A DNA stretch of 63,508 bases, filler included, from Octopus bimaculoides (GCF_001194135.2; 5 parts of 5 records of this genome joined end to end with filler, not necessarily neighbours in it); one strand, 5' to 3'. Shown: positions 50,581-62,785, counted from the first letter of the whole stretch. The notes: generated from the sequence alone by a model not told the origin. Numbers and translations: made by a program.

Positions 50581-51049
50581 CATGGAGCAATGGAATCGCA
50601 AAGATCAAGAAACTTGCAGTTACTCTATCCAGATTACAAGTTCAGGTTTATACCTGTATTTATTGAGCTCCTGGGATATGTAACACACTGCCTAAATACT
50701 AATCTTGAAATATTAGGCTTCTCAAAACCAGTAAGGAGAAAGCTAATTCGAAGACTACAGATTCAATCCATCACTGGAACTGTAAAAATCTGTAAAACTT
50801 TCCAGAAGTTTATCATTTAAATATATACGAGCATGTCTAGATATGTAGCTATATGCATGAGAATACATACTTAAATACAAATCTGAACATACATACATAC
50901 AAAAATAGTCTGTTGTTGATGTTGAAATTGCAATGAAGGAGTCTTGGATCTAGGTTAGAAACCGGTTCTTTCTCTGTTGGCAAGAAATTTTGAAATAAAC
51001 TGAATAATGACATAAATATGTATACATATACGTGATGATGGCTGTCTAT

Positions 51050-51420
51050 CCGTGAACGCGGAAGACCATCATTGACCCAAGCAAAACGTCAGCTATGCCC
51101 GTATTCATTAGTATATGAACCCGCGGCCGATTCACACGGGTTTGCACCAAGCGGCTTCCAAGTTCGCGGTAGTGTTTTCCTACTTCATCGGTCTTTAAAA
51201 AAATCAACCGACCACCGGTTGCGCAACTTAAAGTTTCTTGTCCCATAAGGCTTCTACAACACCTCACAGACCTTCTCACTCCAATTGACATGATACAGAG
51301 AAAAGTCTGGACAAGATATCCAGTGGCAATATGGGTCATAAGCTCAGGAATGTGGGAGCGCCATGATCTTGGGCACAAACAAAAGATCCCTAAAACGTTC
51401 AATGCCGTTCCCTGCACATC
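51050..51420 (-). pseudogene. Possible very decayed mariner transposase C-terminus
   Basis: GCTTATGACCCATATTGCCACTGGATATC resembles YSPDIAPSDY codons after several indels; weak. Confidence 0.3.
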
Positions 51421-51495
51421 TGCTTTTATTTCATACATACACACACATATATATATAAACACACATGCACATACAAACACACACGCGCATACACG

Positions 51496-51529
<34 letters not shown>

Positions 51530-51737
51530 TTTATAGCAAATTTTAATGGAAACAAACAGACAATTCTCTCCTTCATTCGTCTTTAAATATTTTTAAACAA
51601 ATTGTTCCCTTTTTCTCTTTCTTTTTATATTTTCTCGGGTCCCGTTCCTTATTGTTTACTTTTCTTGATTTATTATTATATTTCTTAATTGTGCTGAATT
51701 TTCGTTTATATATATACACATATATACATATATATAC

Positions 51738-51846
<109 letters not shown>

Positions 51847-53622
51847 AAGAGCTATACATATACACAGATATATGTATGCGTATATATATTATATATATCA
51901 TACAAAATATATTTACGTATATACCTATATGTGCATTTGTATGTTAATACACATAAGTATATGTGTATATATAAATGCATAAATAAACGTATATGTACGT
52001 GTGTATATATAAATGTATATATATATGTGTGTGTTTATAATAAAATGCATATATACATTATATACATGTATATACATATATATGTATGTACATGTATATG
52101 TTTATATGCATATATGTGTGTACGTACATATATTGCCAGAGATTGTCAACACATCACTTAAATCTTCAAATCCCCATTAACTCACTTTTTTTGATCACAA
52201 TGCCACGCCAAACCACAATCCAATGTAACATTATCAATCTGTCTAGCAGACTCACACGTCCTCGCACCACCACTGACACCACCACCATCATCACCACCAC
52301 TACCACCACATCAGCTTACAACATTTAAGTGCCATTTTGTTTTGTTTTGTTTTTTTTGTTTTGTTTTGTTTTTACTGCAGACCGCCAAACATATTTATAT
52401 ATACGATTCAATTCACACGTAGATACATACGTGCATATGTGCACATGAGCGTTTGGATGTGGATAGGTGATATATGAGTGTGCCTCTGTGTGTGCGTGTG
52501 TGTTTGTCTGCATTTTTTGCGTGTATATATATTTATATATATGTATATATATATACACATATATAGTTATATATATTATGTTATATATAAATGCATTTAT
52601 ACATACATACATATATATATATACACACACACACACACACTGACACATATGTACGTATCTATATACATATTGTACGTATGTGTATACTGCTATTAGTTTT
52701 ACATTGGCGTGTGCATATGCATATATCTAAATGCATTTTTTGAGAGAAACACTGTTTATATTCATGTGTTTATATATACATATACACAGATATGTTTATA
52801 CATACATATATATATATAGAGAGAGAGAGTGATAGAAAGAGAGACAGAGAGAGAGAACGAAAAAAGGACAGACAGACAGACAGACAGACAGACAGAGATA
52901 GAGGCAGAGATAGAGACAGACCGATAGACAAAAATATAGGTCGTGGCTTCGTTATTCTTCGTTTAACCCAAACAGACCGTACCTTTGCCATGTGACTTCT
53001 GGCAACCATTTTGTTGACCAATACCGAATGAAAATTGGTAAGTATAAAAGTGCACACAAGATATAAATGCCTGTCGTTCAACAAAATGGTTACGGTCTCA
53101 GTCTCACTCTGCACGGCACCGCTTGAGCAACGCTAAATAACATCTTTGGTGAGGAAAAACGTGCTGAAACTCATATACTTTAAGGTATGAATTACTTAAG
53201 TTTATTATTAACCTTCCCATTCTTATAAACAACAAATTGATAAATAACACGATATGTGATCATGAGTGTGCCAAACCTCACGTGTGCATATGCTCACATT
53301 TTTGCGAATGCTTGTATAACCGAGTGCACTTGCGCTATGCAGCTTCCTCGAGAGCATTTATACATCCATAACTGTTAACGGTTATTTTTAATATTTTTCT
53401 CGCTGGATTGCGTGTTCTTTTCTCTTTTTGTCATCTGTGATTTTATTTTTGATCTATATATACGGAGATATTTTCTCCGTCTGGCTGCTTGTCTCTCTAC
53501 AAAACGGAAAGTTACGTTGTAGAATAGTCATTTTAAAGAGTTTTTTTTTTTATTTATCACCCGACAAGATACATCTGCCCCACCGGGTGCTCCTGAAACA
53601 GTTCTTGAGTTATCACCCAAGA

Positions 53623-53737
53623 GGTGGCATCTTGGGCAAGTGTCTTCTACTATAGCCTCCGGCCGATTAAAGACTTGCAAGAGGATTTGGTAGACGGAAA
53701 CTGAAAGAAGCCTGTCGTATATNNNNNNNNNNGTATG

Positions 53738-53780
<43 letters not shown>

Positions 53781-53980
53781 TTGTGTGTCTGTGTTTGTCT
53801 CCACAACATCGCTTGACAACCGATGCTGGTGTATTTACGTCCCCGTAACTTAGCGGTTCGGCAAAAGAGACCGATAGAATAAGTACTAGGCTTACAAAGA
53901 ATAAGTCCTGGAGTCGATTTGCTCGACTAAAGGCGGTGCTCCAGCATGGCCGCAGTCAAATGACTGAAACAAGTAAAAGA
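53623..53980 (+). mobile_element. SINE family A with well-preserved 3' half
   Basis: CTTGGGCAAGTGTCTTCTACTATAGCC..GGATTTGGTAGACGGAAACTGAAAGAAGCC..(TA)(TG)n..CGCTTGACAACCGATGCTGG..CCAGCATGGCCGCAGTCAAATGACTGAAACAAGTAAAAGA. Confidence 0.85.
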
Positions 53981-54960
53981 GAGAAAGAGCAGAGAGAGTC
54001 CGATTGGAGAAGTAAAAATAAATACGCATTTGTTTCTCACCGTCAAATACCACCACATGTTAAAGGAAGAAGAAGCAGGCTGATGCAGTTTATGTGAATA
54101 TTTTGAGGCACAGGGTACATAAAATGGGAATACAGAAATTCCAAAATTAAACACCTTACGCGTTTTTCAATTATTGAAGAAATGATGCAAGAATATTTGC
54201 GAACTGCAGAAGGCAGATGATGTATATATGTATGTGTGTATGTATGTATGTATGTATGTATGTATGTATGTATGTATGTACATATGTGTGTGTGTGGGGG
54301 GAGCGTGTGTGTGCGTAGGTATGTATGTAAGTATATATATATATATATACATTTGCATGTATGTATGCACAAGAGTTAACAAGTGAAACAGAGACAGGCA
54401 GAAACAAGAAAAATGCCCCTGTTATTTGAATACGATACAAATATGTCTTTAAAAATACTTTTCTTTTAAATTTACCAAAATTTAATTTTTCAATAAATTT
54501 CCAAANNNNNNNNNNNNNNNNNNNNNNNNNNNNNNNNNNNNNNNNNNNNNNNNNNNNNNNNNNNNNNNNNNNNNNNNNNNNNNNNNNNNNNNNNNNNNNN
54601 NNNNNNNNNNNNNNNNNNNNNNNNNNNNNNNNNNNNNNNNNNNNNNNNNNNNNNNNNNNNNNNNNNNNNNNNNNNNNNNNNNNNNNNNNNNNNNNNNNNN
54701 NNNNNNNNNNNNNNNNNNNNNNNNNNNNNNNNNNNNNNNNNNNNNNNNNNNNNNNNNNNNNNNNNNNNNNNNNNNNNNNNNNNNNNNNNNNNNNNNNNNN
54801 NNNNNNNNNNNNNNNNNNNNNNNNNNNNNNNNNNNNNNNNNNNNNNNNNNNNNNNNNNNNNNNNNNNNNNNNNNNNNNNNNNNNNNNNNNNNNNNNNNNN
54901 NNNNNNNNNNNNNATATACAAGTTCAAAAAAAGGAAAAAGACAAAAAACAACAACAAAAA

Positions 54961-55130
54961 ACAACAACGTGAGGACGTGATACAGATAGTGTTACTAGAC
55001 GCTCGGGAAAGGAAAGAGAGAGAGTATGACGTTTCGAGCTGAGCTCTTCGTCGGAAACAAGGAAAATCCAAAGAAAGGAAAAACGGAGGAAGAAAAAATC
55101 GCCACCGATGTCCACGAGGTTACATTGTGG
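54961..55130 (-). mobile_element. Penelope-like terminal repeat fragment containing a hammerhead-like motif at 55024-55058
   Basis: Minus strand reads GTTT CCGACGA A GAGC-TCA-GCTC GAAA CG TC ATAC. Confidence 0.5.
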
Positions 55131-55400
55131 AAGGACCGGAAGGGGAAATATATATATATTTTTTTGGATGGATGGATGGATAGATGTGTATGTGTGTGTG
55201 TGTGTACTTATAATCCATATACTTCCAAATGGAAGTTACAGAAGGCAAACCTTTTTGTTCAATTTATTTCACACACCGGAAACGATTTGGAAAGACAAGA
55301 ACAGAATTTTAATGTAATTATATTTAGCAAACTAAAGCCGTAAATGACAGCAGCGTTAACTTGTAACCCATAAGTTTATATTTATAATTAACAACATTAC

Positions 55401-55534
55401 ATAATCGTAAGGGGTTTTCTCGATATTGTTATCGCTGCTATGCTTGTCATTGTTGTCATTATTATCATTGTTATTCAAAATGTTGATATTGTTGTTGTCG
55501 TTGTTGGTGTTGATGTTGTTTTCTATGGGGAGTC
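55401..55534 (-). CDS. Candidate orphan Asn/Asp-rich internal exon (unverified)
   Basis: Acceptor CATCTTTCAG|G, open frame GLPIENNINTNNDNNNINILNNNDNNDNNDKHSSDNNIEKTPYDY, donor |GTAATG. It could equally be a drifted trinucleotide repeat. Confidence 0.2.
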
Positions 55535-55867
55535 CTGAAAGATGACACTCACTCGTTCCCAATAAATGAAACGACGTGTGGGAAAATGCAAGAACTGCAG
55601 AAGTTTTTGGAGACAAGAGATTTCGTTGTAACGATACACTTAGCACTAATTCTTTGCTTATTTACATTGAGGCTAGGAAGAAAATAGATTAAAGCTGGTG
55701 ATAAAACAGACAGGGTCAAACATGTTAAGAAGCTGATCGTTTGTTTTAGTTTTTAGATAAAGGGTTTAGCCGCAAATAGCGCTGGGAACGACCGGCGAAA
55801 GCTTATTCCAGATAATATACAGTAGTGTGTATGTGGCTAGCCATCTAAGTGTCAGTCTACGTATATA

Positions 55868-55950
<83 letters not shown>

Positions 55951-56324
55951 ATGAGTTTGTGTTTCTGTTTTGATCTGTGTGACTGTGTATTGTTTGCATG
56001 TATGTATATGTGTGTGTATGTCTGTGTGTATGTGAGTATGTAAGTGTGTATAATCCTTATCTTTGCGTAGATATATATGTGTGTATATATATATGTGAAT
56101 GCGCATGTGTGTGAGTGTGAGTGAGTATGTGTGTCTGTATGCACATCGCTACTTTTACATGTATATATGCATATCGCAATGTGTATATATATATATGCAT
56201 ATAATTATATATATTTATATATATNNNNNNNNNNNNNNNNNNNNNNNNNNNNNNNNNNNNNNNNNNNNTTAATTAATTAANNNNNNNNNNNNNNNNNNNN
56301 NNNNNNNNNNNNNNNNNNNNNNNN

Positions 56325-56372
<48 letters not shown>

Positions 56373-57080
56373 CATCTCCGTGTAATAGAAGCTTTGCGTT
56401 CATGAAAATCTTGCAGTAACTAGACTTCCATAACGCAGACTTCCATGTCACTAGACGTCCATGTTACTTGCAAGTGACATAGAATCATTAGAAAAATAAA
56501 TTTCGCATTGCGAAATTTTACGTACGGCAAAATTTTCAGGAGTACAACGCTTCCGTAACACTGCTGTAAGTCGTACAACTGCATTAGCCCCTACACCAAG
56601 GTGACATCGTGACTTTAACTGTCCAAATTGCGAGACATAATCTAAAAAGCCAGGATTACATATACTGGCAGCTTAACACTGGGGAACTCAGTTCATGCAA
56701 TACATATGCATACATGTTTGCATACAGTCACACACATATACACACATGAACCCCCAACCCCTAACTTTCTCACGTTATATATATATATATATATATATAT
56801 ATATNNNNNNNNNNNNNNNNNNNNNNNNNNNNNNNNNNNNNNNNNNNNNNNNNNNNNNNNNNNNNNNNNNNNNNNNNNNNNNNNNNNNNNNNNNNNNNNN
56901 NNNNNNNNNNNNNNNNNNNNNNNNNNNNNNNNNNNNNNNNNNNNNNNNNNNNNNNNNNNNNNNNNNNNNNNNNNNNNNNNNNNNNNNNNNNNNNNNNNNN
57001 NNNNNNNNNNNNNNNNNNNNNNNNNNNNNNNNNNNNNNNNNNNNNNNNNNNNNNNNNNNNNNNNNNNNNNNNNNNNNNNN

Positions 57081-57140
<60 letters not shown>

Positions 57141-57317
57141 TGTATGTATGTATGTATGTGTGTGCATGCGTGTGTTTATGTATGTATGGATGTATCAGTG
57201 TGTGAAGGTAATTATTCAGTTTAGTGATGTTTAAAAAGTAAATAAAAATTAAGTGTGAGACCCCTAGAAAAGCGGCATAAGTCACCTTATTGTTAAACAA
57301 CGTAAATATTGTAATAA

Positions 57318-57525
57318 GGTTACCCTGCGAATTACAATTTTCTCATGTGTTTAAATTCATAATTAGTCGACGCCGTGCCAACCACTGAAGAATCTTGTCT
57401 CGTGATTCGGCTAATTGAGAGATATCCCAAGATTCCTCCAAGATCAATTCAAAGTTGAGGATTTCAATTTCAGGAACAATGAATTGCGGTCCTGATGGTC
57501 TTCCACGTGTCATTCTGATCAATTC
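57318..57525 (-). pseudogene. Decayed mariner transposase HTH fragment
   Basis: RGRPSGPQFIVPEIEILNFELILEES..ISQLAE...RRRLIMNL, then ATGAGAAAATTG..GCAGGGTAACC resembling MRKL..RWVP. Confidence 0.4.
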
Positions 57526-57659
57526 CAAAATAAATAATATCCAGTATTTATGTTAACGGTAAGGTGACTAATTTTTGTCGCTTTACTAGTTATCTCCCCT
57601 TGAATTTTATTTACTTTTTTAATATCGCTAAACTGAACAATTAATGTGTGCGCGCGCGC

Positions 57660-57850
57660 GTGTCTGTGTGTGTGGTTGCGTTTTTCTCTCACCACCGCTA
57701 GACAACGGGTGTCGGTTTGTTTACGACACCTTAACTTAGTGGTTCGGCCTAAGAAAACAATTTAATAAGTACCAGACTTATAAAAAAATGAAGTAATGGA
57801 GTCGATTCGTTCGACTAAAGTATGGCCGCACTTCAATGACTGAACTGAAC
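57660..57850 (+). mobile_element. SINE family A, 3' half
   Basis: ACCACCGCTAGACAACGGGTG..AACTTAGTGGTTCGGC..AATAAGTACCAG..GTCGATTCGTTCGACTAAAG..ATGGCCGC..ATGACTGAAC. Confidence 0.7.
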
Positions 57851-57994
57851 TAAAAAAAAATGATTAGAAAATAAGATGCAGACGCACACACATACACACA
57901 TACACACACACACATTCATACATATATGTGTATGCGTGTGTGTACATGTATACACGCGAGAGTACGCGTACATATAGTAATAGCTGAGGTAGCT

Positions 57995-58048
<54 letters not shown>

Positions 58049-58635
58049 AGTAAGAGTAGGAGACAGTGAGTGAAAGTTGGGTTGGGAGACGGAGATTCAT
58101 GGTTGAGGAATGAATCAACATCGAATAAAACAAACCGAAGTCGTTTCTGGAAGGTAAACGACGAAAAGAATAAGTTAATAACAATAATAACAACAACAAC
58201 AACGTGTCTCCATGCTATGATTGAATGTTGAATTATTGAAGCCTCTAACACACAAACAAAAAAAGGAAGCAAAAACATTATAAAAGTTTTCATTTGAAAG
58301 AAATCCTTCATTGAGCGAGTTTAACGGAGACATTGGGTTATTAGGTGTAANNNNNNNNNNNNNNNNNNNNNNNNNNNNNNNNNNNNNNNNNNNNNNNNNN
58401 NNNNNNNNNNNNNNNNNNNNNNNNNNNNNNNNNNNNNNNNNNNNNNNNNNNNNNNNNNNNNNNNNNNNNNNNNNNNNNNNNNNNNNNNNNNNNNNNNNNN
58501 NNNNNNNNNNNNNNNNNNNNNNNNNNNNNNNNNNNNNNNNNNNNNNNNNNNNNNNNNNNNNNNNNNNNNNNNNNNNNNNNNNNNNNNNNNNNNNNNNNNN
58601 NNNNNNNNNNNNNNNNNNNNNNNNNNNNNNNNNNN

Positions 58636-58682
<47 letters not shown>

Positions 58683-58925
58683 CCTCTCTCTCTCACCATG
58701 TACAAGTTTCTTCAGTTTTTCGTTTTTGCTATATTTCAACGAACGGGAACGTTATCAAGCTTTTAAACATTAAGGTTCCGAAACACTGGAATTACATATG
58801 TTTTTCAGCAAATAAAGACCAGCGACATTCGATGGAATTCTTCCCTTTTATTTTGTTTGTTAGTTTCACTCTCTTTTTGTCACTGTGTGTCTTTCTGTTT
58901 GTCTATCTGTCTATATATCTCTCGG

Positions 58926-58991
<66 letters not shown>

Positions 58992-59542
58992 ACTCCCTCT
59001 CTCACCATGTATTATAAATTTCTTCATATTTTTGCTTTTCCTATATTTCAACGAAGAAGTGATTAAATCCCTTGAGGGATAACATTATACATACACTTAT
59101 ACACACCTACACATAAGCACGTACACATTAATAAATTATCGCAAAGTATTTTAGAGAGGAGCTCGTTAAAGTATATATCAATTTGTCTACAGAAACGCCA
59201 GTTCATAGGGCAAAATGATGTCATATATTCTCAATCATATATATATATATGTATGTATATCTGTGTGTGTGTTTGATACATGAACACACACACACACACA
59301 CACACACACAAGAGTACGTATGTATATATGCAGACAAATACAGGTCAATCGAATACCATACAGCACAAATTCTTGATTTATTAAAATTATATCTATTTTT
59401 AACTGATGTGTCATATTTATCAGGTAGCAATTAAGACCAGCTCGATATTATAAGGAGAGATAATCTAAATAATCAAGATTTCTCCAAAGTTGACAAGCCA
59501 CAAGGAAACAGACAGGTTTATTGTCTGGAGACAACAGGACAG

Positions 59543-59585
59543 TCGTGGACCCGTGTTTTTGCCTCAATGGGTGTCATCAGCACAA
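59543..59585 (-). ncRNA. Degenerate minimal type-I hammerhead ribozyme motif (G12 mutated to A)
   Basis: Minus strand reads TTGTG CTGATGA CACCC-ATTG-AGGCA AAAA C-ACGG-G TC CACGA; stem I has 5 bp and the triplet is GUC. Confidence 0.55.
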
Positions 59586-61024
59586 TCTTCCTATCGTATC
59601 TTTAAAAGCCAAGGAACTTAACCTTATGCAAAAGGGTAGGTAATTTGCATAATTTAAACAAAAACAACCCATGAGAAATAACTCAAGGTAGACTGTATCA
59701 TGTATTTGAACAACATCGACAAATTCAGGTATATTAAATCCTATACACCATAAGCTATTAAGATTATCTCCGCTATTAGAGGATGTGTCATAATTACCAA
59801 ATAGCAAACATATAACTGCTGTAATGCTGTCATCAGCAGAAAGCACAAAAAGGAAACATTTAATTTTAGATATCAATACCGAAATGCGACGCAAGTAGTC
59901 GAAAATATCTTGAAGTAGTTTTCCTTTTGAAAAATCTTTAAAGAAATAGCTTTAAAAATAGAAATAAATTTTAATAGATAATTTTAAATCAACATACATA
60001 AATGTGAGGTATAGTAATAGTTTCGACCCCTTCGGTTTATTGTTCAGTGTTTATTTCTATTCTTCACTGGTGTATATATATATATATATAAGCAGTTATT
60101 TCTACTGAAGCCTTTTTTTTTTTTTTACTTTCGCTTTCCTCTAGTGACGTACAAGTTATTTTACTGAGACGGGTGCTAGAAACACGAGCTTGTTCGCAGA
60201 GAAGATTCATTGGACACAGTGTGAGAAGATTATTGTTGTCGCTAGGCCTAACTATTCTAAAGCAAATACCATCGTGAATGATATCAGATTACGGTGGAGA
60301 AGACAAGCCACTGGATTTGGATAAAAAGAGACGATGAACAATGGTTAGAAGAATATTGAGCGAAACCTAGTAACCAGTTGATCTAACAAGCGAGGCCTCA
60401 TCTCAGTAAGCGGGGGGCGATAATGCCGTTGAGAGGGAGGCCCTGAAACGGCTCGTATTCTCTCCTGATGACCCCATAAGCTTGCTAGCATCCGGTATGC
60501 GAAGCTTTCAACTGGTAACACTTGCATCTGCAAGTTGTTTGCAAAAAATATTTTTAAAAAAAGCTTCAACTATAAAAAAACGAAAGCTATTGGTCAGAAT
60601 CGTTCGAGTCTTGGGAAAATGCGGTGTGTTTTTGTTCTAGGTTTCTACGTTTTGCGCTCATATCTCAGCGAGGTCTACTTTGCTTTTTCATTTCTCCAAG
60701 GGGTGGGACGAAAATTTATGCATTAGTAAAATATTTTGATATCATTCATATCAAGAAATGGTTTTTAGTTTGACCGTAGTATTTATAATCAATTATGATT
60801 TCGCTCAATAGCTGTAGGTAGGAGTAGGAGAGAGCTGTATATCTGTACTTACAGATATACAGCTGAACTTAATTATCTTCTATTTGTTTTGTATTAATAT
60901 CGTTGTTTTCCATTCTTACATCGCATGGCTGATGTATTTTACTTTTGGGGCTTCTTCATTGATGTGGAATAATCTCTGTTTTACAGGGACGTGAAATATT
61001 ATCAAATGCTTTTGGGTCATCAAT

Positions 61025-61170
61025 CCAGGAAGGAGGCGAACTCGTAGACTTGTTAGCACATCGGACAAAATGCTTAGCGGTATTTCTTCCGGCTCTTTAC
61101 ACTCAGATTTTAAATGCCACCGAGGTAACTTTGCCTTTCATCTCTTCTGGAGACGATAAAAAAAAATGCT
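61025..61170 (+). mobile_element. SINE family B, degenerate
   Basis: GTTAGCACATCGGACAAAATGCTTAGCGGTATTTC..CCGAGGTAACTTTGCCTTTCATC. Confidence 0.65.
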
Positions 61171-61387
61171 AGTCCGATACAGATGAATTGCTTTCCTTTC
61201 TTTAAATATGGCTGACCTTGACCTTGTAACAAACCGGAGAGCCGTTCAGGAAGAATGCTGTGATTTTGGTCACTGATACGCCATGGAAACTGAGTAACCA
61301 GACTTATGAATCCTACGGCTAAAGAAAAAGAAAAACAAAAGAAAAGTCAATCAGGCTATGCAGATGTTTTTGTTTTTTTTAATTTTT

Positions 61388-61868
61388 TTACTGTCTTCTG
61401 TAACTGCCCTTTTTAGCCCTACCTCTCTTTCCGGCACCTCTGTTAGTGTATTACTGATTTCCGGGTGATTAAACAGACTGTTATAGAATATGGAGATAAA
61501 GGCTTTGTATGTTGTTGGTAAGATGGTTAAAAGCATATAATTTTTAGAGTCTGTAATATTTTTGCTCTGAGGATTTCATTTTCTTGCTTTCAATACTAAT
61601 ACAATATGCCCATGGGAACTCGTCAGCTACTGTTTCAACCGTGAATTGTATACCTTGCCATTCCTAAGTGCTTTCCAATTGCATTCAATTCTGAATGCGT
61701 TGCTAAGTTCTTTGTCTGCTATGGTGGGTCATACTTGCGGGGCTACTATAGGTATTTTTTCTACTCTTCCCATCTAATTCATTGTGCTTTTGCGTTTGTT
61801 GATTACTTTTGATTCACGTTCCTTCTTAGCATGTTTAAGTTTTTGTTCACTTTGATGGATATTCTGTA
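61388..61868 (-). pseudogene. Decayed RT N-terminal region (domain 0-2) of an R4/Dong-like non-LTR retrotransposon
   Basis: Minus strand reads ECNWKALRNGKVYN (cf. NWKAPG.D.I.N) and TDSKNYMLLTILPTTYKAFISI (cf. NYRPITCLPT.YK), with stops in between. Confidence 0.75.
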
Positions 61869-61889
61869 GGGTTATTTTATTTATTTATT

Positions 61890-61921
<32 letters not shown>

Positions 61922-61987
61922 GTATGTATATATGTATGTATATCAATATATGTCAATAAATAATATATATCGATATACATATACATT

Positions 61988-62046
<59 letters not shown>

Positions 62047-62095
62047 ACTTCTTTCTTTAACGATTGATATGTATTCAGCACCTTGACACAACGGA

Positions 62096-62141
62096 TTCTG
62101 AGACACCGGTGTTTCGACATGTTGTGTCTCGTCAGTCAGAA
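62096..62141 (-). ncRNA. Canonical minimal type-I hammerhead ribozyme
   Basis: Minus strand reads UUCUGA CUGACGA GACA-CAACA-UGUC GAAA CACCGGUG UC UCAGAA. Full catalytic core, 6-bp stem I, 4-bp stem II closed by G10.1-C11.1, palindromic stem III (ACACCGGUGU), GUC triplet; predicted cut between 62102 and 62101. Confidence 0.85.
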
Positions 62142-62639
62142 GCAAACTAAGNNNNNNNNNNNNNNNNNNNNNNNNNNNNNNNNNNNNNNNNNNNNNNNNN
62201 NNNNNNNNNNNNNNNNNNNNNNNNNNNNNNNNNNNNNNNNNNNNNNNNNNNNNNNNNNNNNNNNNNNNNNNNNNNNNNNNNNNNNNNNNNNNNNNNNNNN
62301 NNNNNNNNNNNNNNNNNNNNNNNNNATATATATATATATATTATCTGTTTCAAGTCATATATTATCTCTTGTTAGACAAGTCATTGTAGAACAAGTAAAT
62401 GGCAGTGGTATGATAGCTTTGATAGTTGATTTCGGTTTGATAATTAGCTTACACATCATATTCAATGGAGCGTGGGTTGTTGTCTTGACTATTAGAAACT
62501 AGTCCTCCTATCAAGCCTACCAATGTCTTGTTCAAACCAACCAACCTACCGACAGAGCCACCAACCAGCCAACCAACCGATATTCCGTGTCGTCTTCATT
62601 GTACGTACGTACATGCATGCATACATATATATGTAAGTC

Positions 62640-62785
62640 TATACAGTTTCCGCTTATCCAATTTTATTCACAAGAGAGAGGATGATCCGAGTCTTTAGAA
62701 AATAATACCCGCCCAAGATGCCACGTAATTGTATCCTACCCGGGACCACATTATTGAGAAGTGAACGTTTTTAACGATTCGTAAC
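62640..62785 (-). mobile_element. SINE family A, 5' half, very degenerate
   Basis: CAGTTTCCGCTTATCCAATTTTATTCACAAG..CGCCCAAGATGCCACG..CCGGGACCACA. Confidence 0.45.

Noticed and set aside
60440-60480. GAAA...CTGATGA in type-II hammerhead order
   Set aside because: The would-be stem II strands (CCCT and CCCC) cannot pair.
62327-62520. Possible GIY-YIG remnant (PLNMMC..STIKAII) upstream of the 62096 hammerhead
   Set aside because: Similarity is too weak to call by eye and it is separated from the hammerhead by a gap; worth a frameshift-aware HMM search.
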